The notes under the pieces were generated by a model that did not search any database, had not been told where the DNA came from, and was given only the letters and a program-made list of their open reading frames with translations. Shown here piece after piece: positions 51,338 through 61,989 of a DNA stretch of 64,000 nt. Each line of letters begins with the position of its first letter. The first letter of the stretch is position 1. The stretch is from Azolla caroliniana. Taxonomy: Eukaryota > Plantae > Polypodiophyta. A program made the position numbers and the translations under genes. The DNA is taken from positions 6,014,001 to 6,078,000 of the forward strand of contig JBHGNT010000012.1 in NCBI GenBank assembly GCA_043228905.1, written 5' to 3'.

Positions 51338-52130
51338 GAACCGAACCACGGCTTAACGGTTTAAAAGGTTCGGCTCGAGTTCGGTTTTTTTTTTAAAAAC
51401 GGTTCGGTTCGGTTTCAACAGTTTAAACGGTTTTTGTTTTTTTTTTATTCAAAAAAATATATATTAAAATTTGTTTTTAAATAATCTTTTCATGCCTTAT
51501 TCACACATTTTGGGGAATTTTTAAAATTTTTAAACATTTAAATAATGATATTTTATTTTATTTTTTTAATTTAAAATTTGACCTAAGCTAAAAACCGAAA
51601 CCGAACCATGAAATCACGGTTTTACCAAAAAATTTAATGGTTCGGTTCGGATTAACAGTTTCATAGTTCGGTTCAGGTTTCAACATCTCTAAACGGCTCA
51701 ATTTCAAACCGACTCGGTTTGGACCCTCTCAAACTAAACCGAACCGAACTATTGCCGATTGTTACTTTCTTCTAGCAATCCCCCAACCGAACCGCGAAAC
51801 CATGGCTTGATAGTTTAACGGTTTAAACGGTTCGGGACAAGTTTTTTTGTAACCAGTTATGTTTCGATTCAAGCCGGTTTAACGGTTCGGGTCAACTTGA
51901 AAACCAAAACCAAACTGTGAAACTACAGCTTTAACGGTTTAAAGGTTTAGAGGTTTGAAAGTGTCTAAAACCGTTTAGTTTGATCTTGAATTTTTTTGTA
52001 ACGGTTCGATTAAAACGGTTTCGTGGTTCGATTCAGTTCGCTTTTAAGTTTCAATTTTTTTAAACAATTCGTTTTTAAATTGTTTGAGTTTGGCAATCTC
52101 GAACCGAACCATGCCCAATTGTTACTTTCC
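51338..52130. repeat. AACCG/CGGTT-rich subterminal-repeat region (hAT/MITE-like terminus), internally duplicated
   Basis: Many AACCGAACC/GGTTCGGTT motifs in both orientations; the end CGAACCGAAC..TGCC.ATTGTTACTTTC occurs twice (~51740, ~52100). Confidence 0.6.
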
Positions 52131-53095
52131 TCGTCTCGTTGGTAGCAACCATTACAAGCAAAGCAAGAAACCCAACTACAACTCTACACTTCCTCCACCT
52201 TCCACCACCTCATTGCATCCGAGCAAGGCAAGGTCAGGCCAGGGTTAGGGGCCAAGGACCAGGGGTCATTTGTATATATAGTTTGGGTCACTCTATTATG
52301 CACTCTCTTTTTTCTTTTTGTGGACCCTGAGTGTGCTCTATGTATATATAATTGAAAACAAGTGTCACTATATGTGTGTAATTTGTGATTTGTAAATTGT
52401 GTCATAAATTTAGACGATGAGATTTTCTCCCATTGGCCATAATTAACCCCCTCTTTCACTTCTTGATTTTTCCTCGATATCATCTTGGAGGTGAATATGT
52501 TTCATGTCATTGTCATTTGTGTCTATCAAGTTTCAACAATGAACAAGGAAAAGGATGGAGAAGGAAAGTGGAGACACAGGAAGTGGAACATAACTTTGTA
52601 TCAACATTAAACCGTAACATACCTATTATTTTCTCCCAACAAATATACAATTATTTAGAAAGGTAGGCAGAAACTCAAAATTTACTTACATACTTATCTA
52701 CAAAATTTTCTATGTCCAAATCTTAATATAACAAGATCTTGTAAGTCACAAGGTCTCATAGTATTCATAGTGACAAGCCCCTTATTAATTGTATAAAACG
52801 TGGCACTATTGATAATATTGTCTCTATAGTTCTAAATAGATTAAAAAATAACAAGAACACGCCACCGGTTTGACCCTTGCATTTATCAAAACCTCTTGTT
52901 TGTTAGTGACTCTTAGAACAACTCATTATATAGACAGATAACATATCTCATCATGACAAATCCGTCTCTTTATCACTCACTAGCTTATGCATAACTTTCT
53001 CTTCTTTGTGGCAGAGCTCCCTTGGAGAAAGTATCCTCTGTACGTAAAGACAATGTGGAGATCCCTCGAGGGATGACTCCTACACTACGTACTTG

Positions 53096-53100
<5 letters not shown>

Positions 53101-53181
<81 letters not shown>
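53101..53181. repeat. (CT)n microsatellite (others at ~16020, 20203, 20843; (TA)n ~60560)
   Basis: Direct inspection. Confidence 0.95.
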
Positions 53182-53184
<3 letters not shown>

Positions 53185-54298
53185 AAAAGTTCACAATTAT
53201 ATTAATTGTATGTAAAATGAACTTGTTACAACTTCTTAGTCTCCTCTACCTACCTATTGTCACGAACACACCTATCCTATGTGGGGAGAGGGACATCTCA
53301 TACAACCATTTTCCGAAAAACCTGTAAAGCCATTAAAAAAACTTCAATATGCACTTGAGTAAATAATCTCCACATGCTCTAACATTGAGAAATTCCACAT
53401 AAGAATGCTTTTCAATTTCTTCATATAAGCTTTCACCTCATGTGTAGTATCAAACATGGAAGCATTATGCATATTCCAATTGTGTTGCAATCCCCAATAT
53501 CATAAGACTAGGCTTCACATCATCATATCCTTTGTAGTGTAGGAGGAATGTATCCCACACTATATACACACTTCTTGGTTACATGACATATACACCTCTC
53601 TCTCTAGAGTAAGCTTCGCAACACCATATCCTTGTCGTATAGGAGTAATGCCTCGCACACTACATATACATCTCTTTCTTACACTTGGATTGTGCCTTTC
53701 ATGAATATGCTTTTGTGCTAAGCTATTGGAGATCACCTTGCAAACTAGCAAGCCTTTGGGTTCTATTTGTTCTATATCCTTTCCTCTTCCTTGCCCACTT
53801 TTATATAAGGTCTTCAATTGTGTCCCTTCTAGTGATAGATATGATGGCGATGAAACCCATGTCCACATGTGCCCTCTTCACTCAAATTTCGAGCCCTTGG
53901 GTATTGCATTGTCTAATGTGGATCATTCTCTAGGGTTTCACCCTTTTTAGTGGACTTTTGTGATTCTCATGGATCCTTATAATTCCTTCACCACACTTTG
54001 ACACTTACTTGTTCAACTGGGAAGAACCCATCATCTTGCCTTTACTACTAGAGCTTGTTCTTTTGGCTCCATGTATTCTGACACACGACATCTATGATTC
54101 TTATATACTTGCTTCAATAAACTCTAGTATTCTTGACCATGTGTTCTGGAGGTGCAGAAGACCTTATATAAAATCCATTATCATGTATTGGTCTTATTGG
54201 ATCGACTCTTGCATCAATCAATGTATGGAAACTTACAATATAGCTTGAACATTTCTTTATGTACATATAGACATTGACTTCGATCACCAATCATGAAG

Positions 54299-57079
54299 TC
54301 ATCTCGGGGCAGAGAGAACGGAATTGCTAAGATGGGTGGATGCACTAGCATCAGACTTGAATGATTTTGAGGTCAAGGTATTCGAGCTAGATGTAGAATT
54401 CATGGGCTTCATGGACGAACGAGTGCGCATCGCGAAATCAAGCAAAGATGGTGCATTTTCCACCTCACCATTTCCTTCTAACATCCTTACCACACCACTC
54501 ATGCATGGCCTTAGAACAGGGTCCTCTTGGATACACCACATTGCAACTTTGATGAGCCTCTCTACCTCTTTCACCACCTCACTACTCATAGTAGTAGGTT
54601 TAAGCCTCTCATCAACTATCTCCAACGTCCTGTTGTCTTCCACCATTATCACAGCCCATGCGGGGAAGTACCAGAAAGCATTCCTCGACAAGTCGAGGTT
54701 CCTTCGACCACTTATGAGCTCCAAGAGAACCATACCATAGCTATATACATCACTTTTACTTGTCACGCCGACTTGGAGTAGCCACTCCGGGGCGACATAT
54801 CCAGGTGTGCCTCTCACGTTGGTCACGATGTCGGTCTCCTCTCGGTTCATGAGTTTCGAGAGTCCGAAATCTGAAAGCTTGGCAATGAAACTGAGGTCCA
54901 ACAGGATGTTTTGAGGCTTGATGTCTAGATGGACAATGCACTCCCGGGACTCCTCGTGGAGGAAAGCTAGCCCTCTTGCGGTGTCGAGGGCAATGCTCCG
55001 GCGGATCGGCCAATCCAATACTTTTGAATCCGAGAAAAGCCATTGATCGAGAGAGCCATGGGCCATGTGATCATACACTAACAAGCATTGTGATCTTTGT
55101 GTACAAAAGCCTCGGAGCCGAACTAGGTTGACATGATTGATGCTACCAAGGGTAGCGATTTCGGCATGGAATTCCTTATGGCCTTGCTTTGCACTATCCA
55201 ACCTCTTGACAGCCACCATTGTGCCATCAGGGAGCTTGCCTTCGTACACGGCCCCGAACCCGCCCGATCCGATTTGTCTCCGGAAACCTCCGGTCGCCTT
55301 GTAGAGCTCCTTGAATGTGAACCTAGTTGGCAAACCTCGCAAGCTCACCAAGAAGGCATCATCATCATCTTCATGTCGGGGCCCCAACCTCCTTCGGATC
55401 TTCGCTGCGAGAAGCGTGAAGCTCGCTATGAGCACGCACATTAGGACGGACGAGACCACGATAAGGACAATGGTGATGCTCGAGAGCATCGGATTCGAGC
55501 GGGGGCTTGGACTAGAGATTCCTATGGTAGCGTTTCGACCCACCTTTATGAAGGCTCTGAAGCTCAGGTCCGACACATTCTGTATGCTCATTGCGTAGCC
55601 ATAGTTATAGCAATTCCCAGTGTTCTCTTGGTAAAAGGCTATGGTGCAATTACAACTAGAGGCACACATAAATTTGCATTGATCTAGGGAGGAGGTGGTA
55701 CCTTGGTGGACATAATGATTGGCAAAGTAGCTCGCCCCGATTAGCTCGATAAAGTAGTTGGCATCATCATCATTGGTTGTGGTGGTAGTGTTTCTTGGGC
55801 AAATTGGAGGCTGTGATAGGGTGCAACCTTGGGCCGGGTCGGAAGGGTTATTGGCATGGAAGAGCTGGCGGCCGGACACATCGTCTTCATCGGGTTGTGT
55901 CGTGTTTACGAGGGGGCAAGCGCAAGAGCCATGGGAGGTGCATACTCCATAGGTACCACACCTACTAGGGAGGTGACAATACAAGGTAGGAGAGAAGATC
56001 TCCTGGTCTATCTCCCATCCATACTTCAACCTATACGCGTATGTGCGCACATTCCCGTCGGGATCGAGGCGGAGGAATATGTCTTCGGTATTGTTGTCAC
56101 GATCCAAGGATGCGACCGGGATCTCGAAAGTGTTGTGGTTACATGCCATTCCGGCCCGAGACGGGGAGCCTTGCGTGAATTCAAGGACCCCACCTCCGCT
56201 AGTGTAGTGAACTGTAGTGCTCTTGCACGAGGATGGGTGCGCCACCGACTCGATCGTGTTGTTCTCATTCACGGCCGAGAACCCAACCACATGGTATGGC
56301 AACAACAATGGCGGCCCTGTGTCCGTGTCCGATGAGATCCTCACATACATGATGATGCCCGCCCGCTCCACGACCACGGAATATGGCCCACTAGAGGCCT
56401 TGCCATACGAGATGCTCGAGACGATGTGTGTCCCGGTCAAGATGACTTGTCCGGGCAAGATCGTGTCGGTCGGGTGGTCAAAGCTCTGCCACACAACCCC
56501 GTCCAGAGAAGACGAATTGGCCGCCGCCACCACGAGGTTCCCATGGTCGAGGAGAGAAAGTGTGAGCAAATCATCGTGGCGCGTGTTGGTGGATGATGAT
56601 GACGATGACCATACGTGAGATAGGTCGGAATCCGTGAGAAGTAATGTGCCCGTGGAGGAGAGGGTAAGTGTGGCTCCTCGGGACACGGGCCGGTCTCGAT
56701 TCGCGGCCCACACTTGTTGGGGTGCGAGATAGGGGAGGTAAATGATGGAGAGGAGGTACAATGTTGGGGTTGGGCCATTTGGAGCATTCATTTCGTTGTT
56801 GTTAGCATTGGTCGAAATGGGCACCCAACCGAATGCGAAACGAAGATCGGTGCTATTGAGGAGAGGGAGGAATGCTGATGGATCGCTCGTGTTGGGCGAT
56901 TGTGTGACCAATTGAGACGAGAATGGTCCAAACATGGAGTTACTCCTTGGATAAGAAGGAGGAGAAGGAGAAGAAGAATTGGCCATGTCTACACCTACTA
57001 AACTTGAAAGAAGAAGCAGAAGAAGAAAGGGAATCAGCTTGAATTGATGAAACAAGCTTCCATGATCTGATCTATCCAT
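54299..57079 (-). CDS. G-type (bulb) lectin S-domain receptor-like Ser/Thr kinase, SD2-like, non-RD, intronless
   Basis: 926 aa: signal peptide; B-lectin (VWAANRDRPV, GNLVV, WQSFDHPTDT); EGF-like Cys cluster; PAN/apple; transmembrane helix; kinase GSGGFG, VAVK, HLDIKPQN, DFG, GYVAPE. Confidence 0.96.
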   Translation of the reverse strand: MDRSDHGSLFHQFKLIPFLLLLLLSSLVGVDMANSSSPSPPSYPRSNSMFGPFSSQLVTQSPNTSDPSAFLPLLNSTDLRFAFGWVPISTNANNNEMNAPNGPTPTLYLLSIIYLPYLAPQQVWAANRDRPVSRGATLTLSSTGTLLLTDSDLSHVWSSSSSSTNTRHDDLLTLSLLDHGNLVVAAANSSSLDGVVWQSFDHPTDTILPGQVILTGTHIVSSISYGKASSGPYSVVVERAGIIMYVRISSDTDTGPPLLLPYHVVGFSAVNENNTIESVAHPSSCKSTTVHYTSGGGVLEFTQGSPSRAGMACNHNTFEIPVASLDRDNNTEDIFLRLDPDGNVRTYAYRLKYGWEIDQEIFSPTLYCHLPSRCGTYGVCTSHGSCACPLVNTTQPDEDDVSGRQLFHANNPSDPAQGCTLSQPPICPRNTTTTTNDDDANYFIELIGASYFANHYVHQGTTSSLDQCKFMCASSCNCTIAFYQENTGNCYNYGYAMSIQNVSDLSFRAFIKVGRNATIGISSPSPRSNPMLSSITIVLIVVSSVLMCVLIASFTLLAAKIRRRLGPRHEDDDDAFLVSLRGLPTRFTFKELYKATGGFRRQIGSGGFGAVYEGKLPDGTMVAVKRLDSAKQGHKEFHAEIATLGSINHVNLVRLRGFCTQRSQCLLVYDHMAHGSLDQWLFSDSKVLDWPIRRSIALDTARGLAFLHEESRECIVHLDIKPQNILLDLSFIAKLSDFGLSKLMNREETDIVTNVRGTPGYVAPEWLLQVGVTSKSDVYSYGMVLLELISGRRNLDLSRNAFWYFPAWAVIMVEDNRTLEIVDERLKPTTMSSEVVKEVERLIKVAMWCIQEDPVLRPCMSGVVRMLEGNGEVENAPSLLDFAMRTRSSMKPMNSTSSSNTLTSKSFKSDASASTHLSNSVLSAPR

Positions 57080-57834
57080 TGCATTCAGAACAGAGGAGCA
57101 AGAGATGGGACACTAGTAAGAGGGAGAGAGAGAGAGAATGAGTTGTACAAGGAACAAAACCAATCATTTGTGTGTTACAACTTACAGATTGTAATGTATG
57201 TTTGTATATACAAGTGTGAAAAAGGTATATAATAAAGTGAGTAGTGAGTGTCTAGTAGATTTGGCTATTTGTGTCTTTTATGTGTTGTGCATCTCTTTCA
57301 ATATATGGAAGGCTTTCTTCTTCATCTTCTTTGGATCCCCGATTCATAACCCAGCCATTAGCAACTCAAAGAAAGGTGATGCAATATCCATTCGTCGTAT
57401 TCGAGTACCCTTATGTTTGTTTGTACGTTCCAATGATCTCACTAGAAGAGAGAAAAGGTGTGCACATGCTAATCAAGTCCGGTGCCATCGTGGATAAGAG
57501 AGGACGTGAAAAAGCTTGACAAATCTAGGAGTGCATTATGGGGTTGTGTCAAAGTAAAATGGATTTTGTGCACGTATTGGCCATCGTGAACAAGAGGGGA
57601 AATAGAAAAAGGCTTGTATTGACCATCATGGATCAGCAAGGGGGTCCCCATGTGAAAGGATGAATAGTTGGTAGTGGAAGGGAGTAGGTTGGAAATTATT
57701 AACTAAAATTTGAGCATTGTATTAATGGCAACTATTTCTAGAATGAAGAAAACAATGTATCATAACCATCATTTGAGGTGATTTGATTGGCAACGACAAT
57801 TATGTGTTTAAGAGTTGGGCAATGATGAAGATAA

Positions 57835-57987
57835 TGTGAGCAACGATGGAGCTAAACACCTATACTTGTTAGGTTGGAGAAGAGAAGCTAGATTACCCTA
57901 ATTGATACACTGTGAATAACGATGGAGCTAAACACCAATACTCATTAGGTTGGAGAAAAGAAGGCTAGATTACCCTAATTGACACAC
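57835..57987. repeat. ~76-bp tandem duplication upstream of the kinase gene
   Basis: AACGATGGAGCTAAACACC...TTAGGTTGGAGAA...CTAGATTACCCTAATTGA twice. Confidence 0.85.
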
Positions 57988-60900
57988 ACACACACTCTCT
58001 CTCTCTCTCTCACTATACTACACACTCTCTCTCACTATACTACAACTTTCAAGGCCAAAGTATGACAAAAACACTTTGCTTAACATGATAGGTATTGCAC
58101 ATGGAAATGTCCTTGTTCGATGTTGCTTTGTTGGATATTACGCATTAACTTCCACATTAAAATGTGAATCCATAGAACTATTTCAAAATAGCATAGATAC
58201 AAAGCATTGAAGACCATTGTCCACAATAACTTAAATTGAAAAGAGAGAAGATCATTTGAGCAACTCATTTGAAAATGTGAAGAAACTAGATTATACCTTA
58301 ATTAAGATTAAGTAATGAACAAACTAATTCGAAGTGTTAACCATTAAACAAACACAATGGAAATATGGTCTCTCATTAGATATCACCTCATTATAGGATG
58401 GCCATATCATATATCATCTCATTTTCATTTACACTACATCTGACATAATTTAATCTAATACAATTGGAGGGCACACTCTCTAATCATTTTGTTCTAATGT
58501 CTTATATGAGAACACCTTCATAAACATTTATGCAATGTTTACGTTGATTTGGAAACGTGTGGAGCTTTTTCAAACTTGTTTTGGAAATGAATAATGATTG
58601 AGGTGAACTATGGTATCATATTCTTATATGCCAAATTCTTGTCCTTATTTATCATACATGTGCAAACTATCTTGAAGCCATCTTATGTTAAATTTATATC
58701 TACACATTCATGTAGTAAAATAGTGATCTTTTCTCCAATGGTGTTTCCAATAACAATTCTATGAAGGCATGTAAGAGGATAAACCCCAAATAGCTTTAAT
58801 TAAAAATAAAAACAAAGAAACCATAAAATGAAATGCTCATGTGAAAATCCCACCTTTGCAAGCTCACATGATGAAAATCCTTTTCATACAGTGCCATTTA
58901 TGTATTAAAGACACTTGCCAAAGCTCTCCATGTAAATCTATAAAATTTTCTTGTGCACACATTTCACTTCAAGTCGATGGTCCAACACAAATGATGCAAA
59001 TATGGAAGTATGGAGTTTAGATTATGATGTGCATTCATTTCATCAATTGTAACAGGCATGGTCTACTGTTAATGTTTAGCTAATTTAATGGGTTAATATT
59101 GATTGCATTTTCAAACAAAAATAGTTAGTGCAGGCTACACTAACTAGCAAAGGAGGATGTCAAGGTAATATAATTGACATTCAATTCTTGTGAAAATGAG
59201 ATATTTGGAGGAGTGGGGCTAGGCTTAGGTAGAGTAAAGGCTAGAGAAGAAGTTTAGGAGAAAGGGCTTTAAATATATGTTTGTTTCTCTTTCTCTAGTT
59301 GTTGGCTTGGTGTTTTTCATTGTAGCACTAAAAATCGTAACCCATGTTCAATCCTCGCCATGGGCTTGAGTCTCCCATAACATAAAACATATGTCGGTCC
59401 CTTGTGAACATTAAAAACATCTTGCAATATAATGGGGCATGCTATAGTTTTTTCGATATTTAAACGAATGATTAGGTGAATGTTACAAATCTCTCTCAAA
59501 CGAATTAAATCTAGGTGGGACATATTGTGAATTTGTGTGCCTCTCTTATTTTAATAGAGGAAGAAAAACTATTTGCAAAGGAACTTTGAGAAAGGAAAAC
59601 TTAAAAATCTTGGTTTTTTTTTTCTCGCTTTATAAAAGTAGTGTACATGTTAAAATAACATGGCAATGAAAAGAAACCTTGCTAATCCTACCACAATGAT
59701 GGGGATAATATGGCAAGATAAACCCTCCAAGGTGTTGTAAGATTAATTAACATAAAGGCAACTCCTGATAAGGTGCTCGTACAAACCACAAAGACTTTGA
59801 GGGGCTACATTTGGAGGACAGAGTTTGCACAAACTAGGACATAAGATATGGGATGGGAAGCGTTTGAACTAGTTTGTCAACAATCTATATGACCAAACCA
59901 AAATTTTAATAGCCCAATTGTGGTGATAGTTTCTAGGAGCTTGCTTAGTAGTAATAGTGATGGAAGACTCTATGACAAGGTTACTTACATCTACTATTGC
60001 CATCAATAACCTAGAGACAATAATGCCACGAGTATATCCCTATTTCTACCCCCTCAAGTTATTGAAAGGTTCAACAAGCTATGTGACATTATAAAATAGT
60101 CACTACCCAACATGCCATGGGCACACCATCATACATGGCATAAGTGTCTCATCTCGACCACATTCTTCTTACATCGCCCAAACAATTGTTGGGGTAGTTT
60201 GGTCAAGACACAATATTAGTGTTAAGATTAAGTTAGTATTGGTCCTACGCCCATTGATTCCCACCTTTCTCTTACACCGGAAGCATTCACCCCAACTATT
60301 CCACTCAATACATGGTACAATCAAGAGGTTGCACTCATTAGCTCAACTCGGGGGATGGGGGGTAATGTAAGCTTAGGCCGGTGTCATGAACAACATGTCA
60401 CACATGTGTGGTCTCAATCCATAAGCAATGATAGAGTAGCCAAAAGATATTTCATGAAAATTGTTTTTGTCGATTAAGTCTCAAACTCACAAACGTCGAG
60501 ATAGATTAAATCATTTCAACCAATAAACCATAACATATCCTTAAATAAAATTTTGCAATATATATATATATATATATATAGATAATAGATTATAGAACTA
60601 TTAAATTATGACTTGATAATCTACATAAAACATAGGCAAATGGAAATAAAATGTGGTTGTATTAATTGTATGGTATGAACCTTACACCTCAAAATTCAAT
60701 GATCATTTAAAGAAATTTTGAGTGATGTTGCACTTTTATTCTCCTTGACACATATATATTGTTTTTTTCCCTATCCTCATTTCTCTCCCTTTTTACATAG
60801 ATGAGAACACCTTTACATTAAGCGCTCGCATGCATTAAGGGCTAAGAGCATGTCGTCACTTAGCGCTCATGCTTTAGCTAATATACAATAATTATATTGA

Positions 60901-61659
60901 CTACATCTTTAAGAATATATTTATTTAATGTATGAAATAAATCTTAGTGATAATTACATTCTTTGAAGGAGGAAGGGTGTTGAGTTCCAAAATCCAAACT
61001 AGCTCTTTGTGTTCATTTTAAAAGAGATAAATTACTCGCTTTGGAGGTGGTGGCCCATTGTGTGCCATTCGTAACACAACACTGGTCTCATATGCAAGGC
61101 TACATATAGAAGGATTTAAATTGATCAAACTTATTGTAAAGGAGGTATGAAAGAGAAACAACAAATGTTTTATCTTTTCTTCTTCATTTTCATTGTATTA
61201 ACTTGAGTTTTCATTCTCTCCATTCCTTAATCACTTGCACAAAGCCTAATCTCTTTCTTATACCTCCCTCCTATGGATGTTAAAAAGATACCTATCTATC
61301 CCTCGTAAACAATCTGATTGTTGGAACTTGGTACCATTATCCTTGGTGCTTTTATTGTATTTTCCTTTCTTGTTTTGACAAATTTCCTTAAAATGTGTCT
61401 TAACAATTTGAAGGTCTTTGTTAAAGTTGAGCATTTGTGAGATTGAGAAAGGGTTTGTTAGTCAGAGAGATAAAAAATAACACATGAATGCTCAAAGGGG
61501 ATTGACATCCACAATTTCTAATGTTGCCTACAATAAGGAGTGTGCTTACGACACCTTGGCAATGAAATGTTATTGTGATGGTGGTGGGTCCAAAGGTAGA
61601 AATAGGGAAAAAGGGGCAACCACATGAATGCATATATACGTTTGACAATATAAAAACAA

Positions 61660-61987
61660 AAAGGTACCACATCCCAATTTCATGTGGATCAATCAAGGAG
61701 ACAACATTAAATATTTGGGTTTGCAAATTGGCTTCAACATTTCTTTGGAGACAATGGTTGCACTATTTATTCACTCCATTCGACAAAACCTGATACATTG
61801 GAGCTTGAAAAAACTCACTAGCATGCCGCATCATAGTGGCAAAAAATAAGGTATTACTCGCCACGACGTGGTACAACGTATCATGTTGGACATTCACCAA
61901 GGAAAGTATACATCAAATTCAATGATTGTTACAACAACTGCATTTGGGTTTGGTAAGGAAGATCATGCAGCTTGGGCCAAGGTAATG
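61660..61987 (+). mobile_element. L1-like LINE fragment, same family as 17990-20130
   Basis: PHPNFMWINQG..KYLG.QIGFNI...KESIHQIQ...AAWAKV; cut by the LTR at 61990. Confidence 0.75.
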
Positions 61988-61989
61988 TG

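Noticed and set aside
50996-51356. Poly-Phe/Leu/Lys ORFs
   Set aside because: Translations of a (GAA)n microsatellite.
53560-54248. Short overlapping ORFs downstream of the kinase
   Set aside because: No recognisable motifs; possibly old TE debris but not assignable.
54324-56787. Multiple ORFs overlapping the kinase gene
   Set aside because: Alternate-frame and antisense shadows of a GC-rich coding sequence.
60818-60882. Short hairpin (GCTAAGAGCATG...CATGCTTTAGC) as a Helitron end or MITE
   Set aside because: Arms are short and imperfect, with no TSD or adjacent CTRR terminus.
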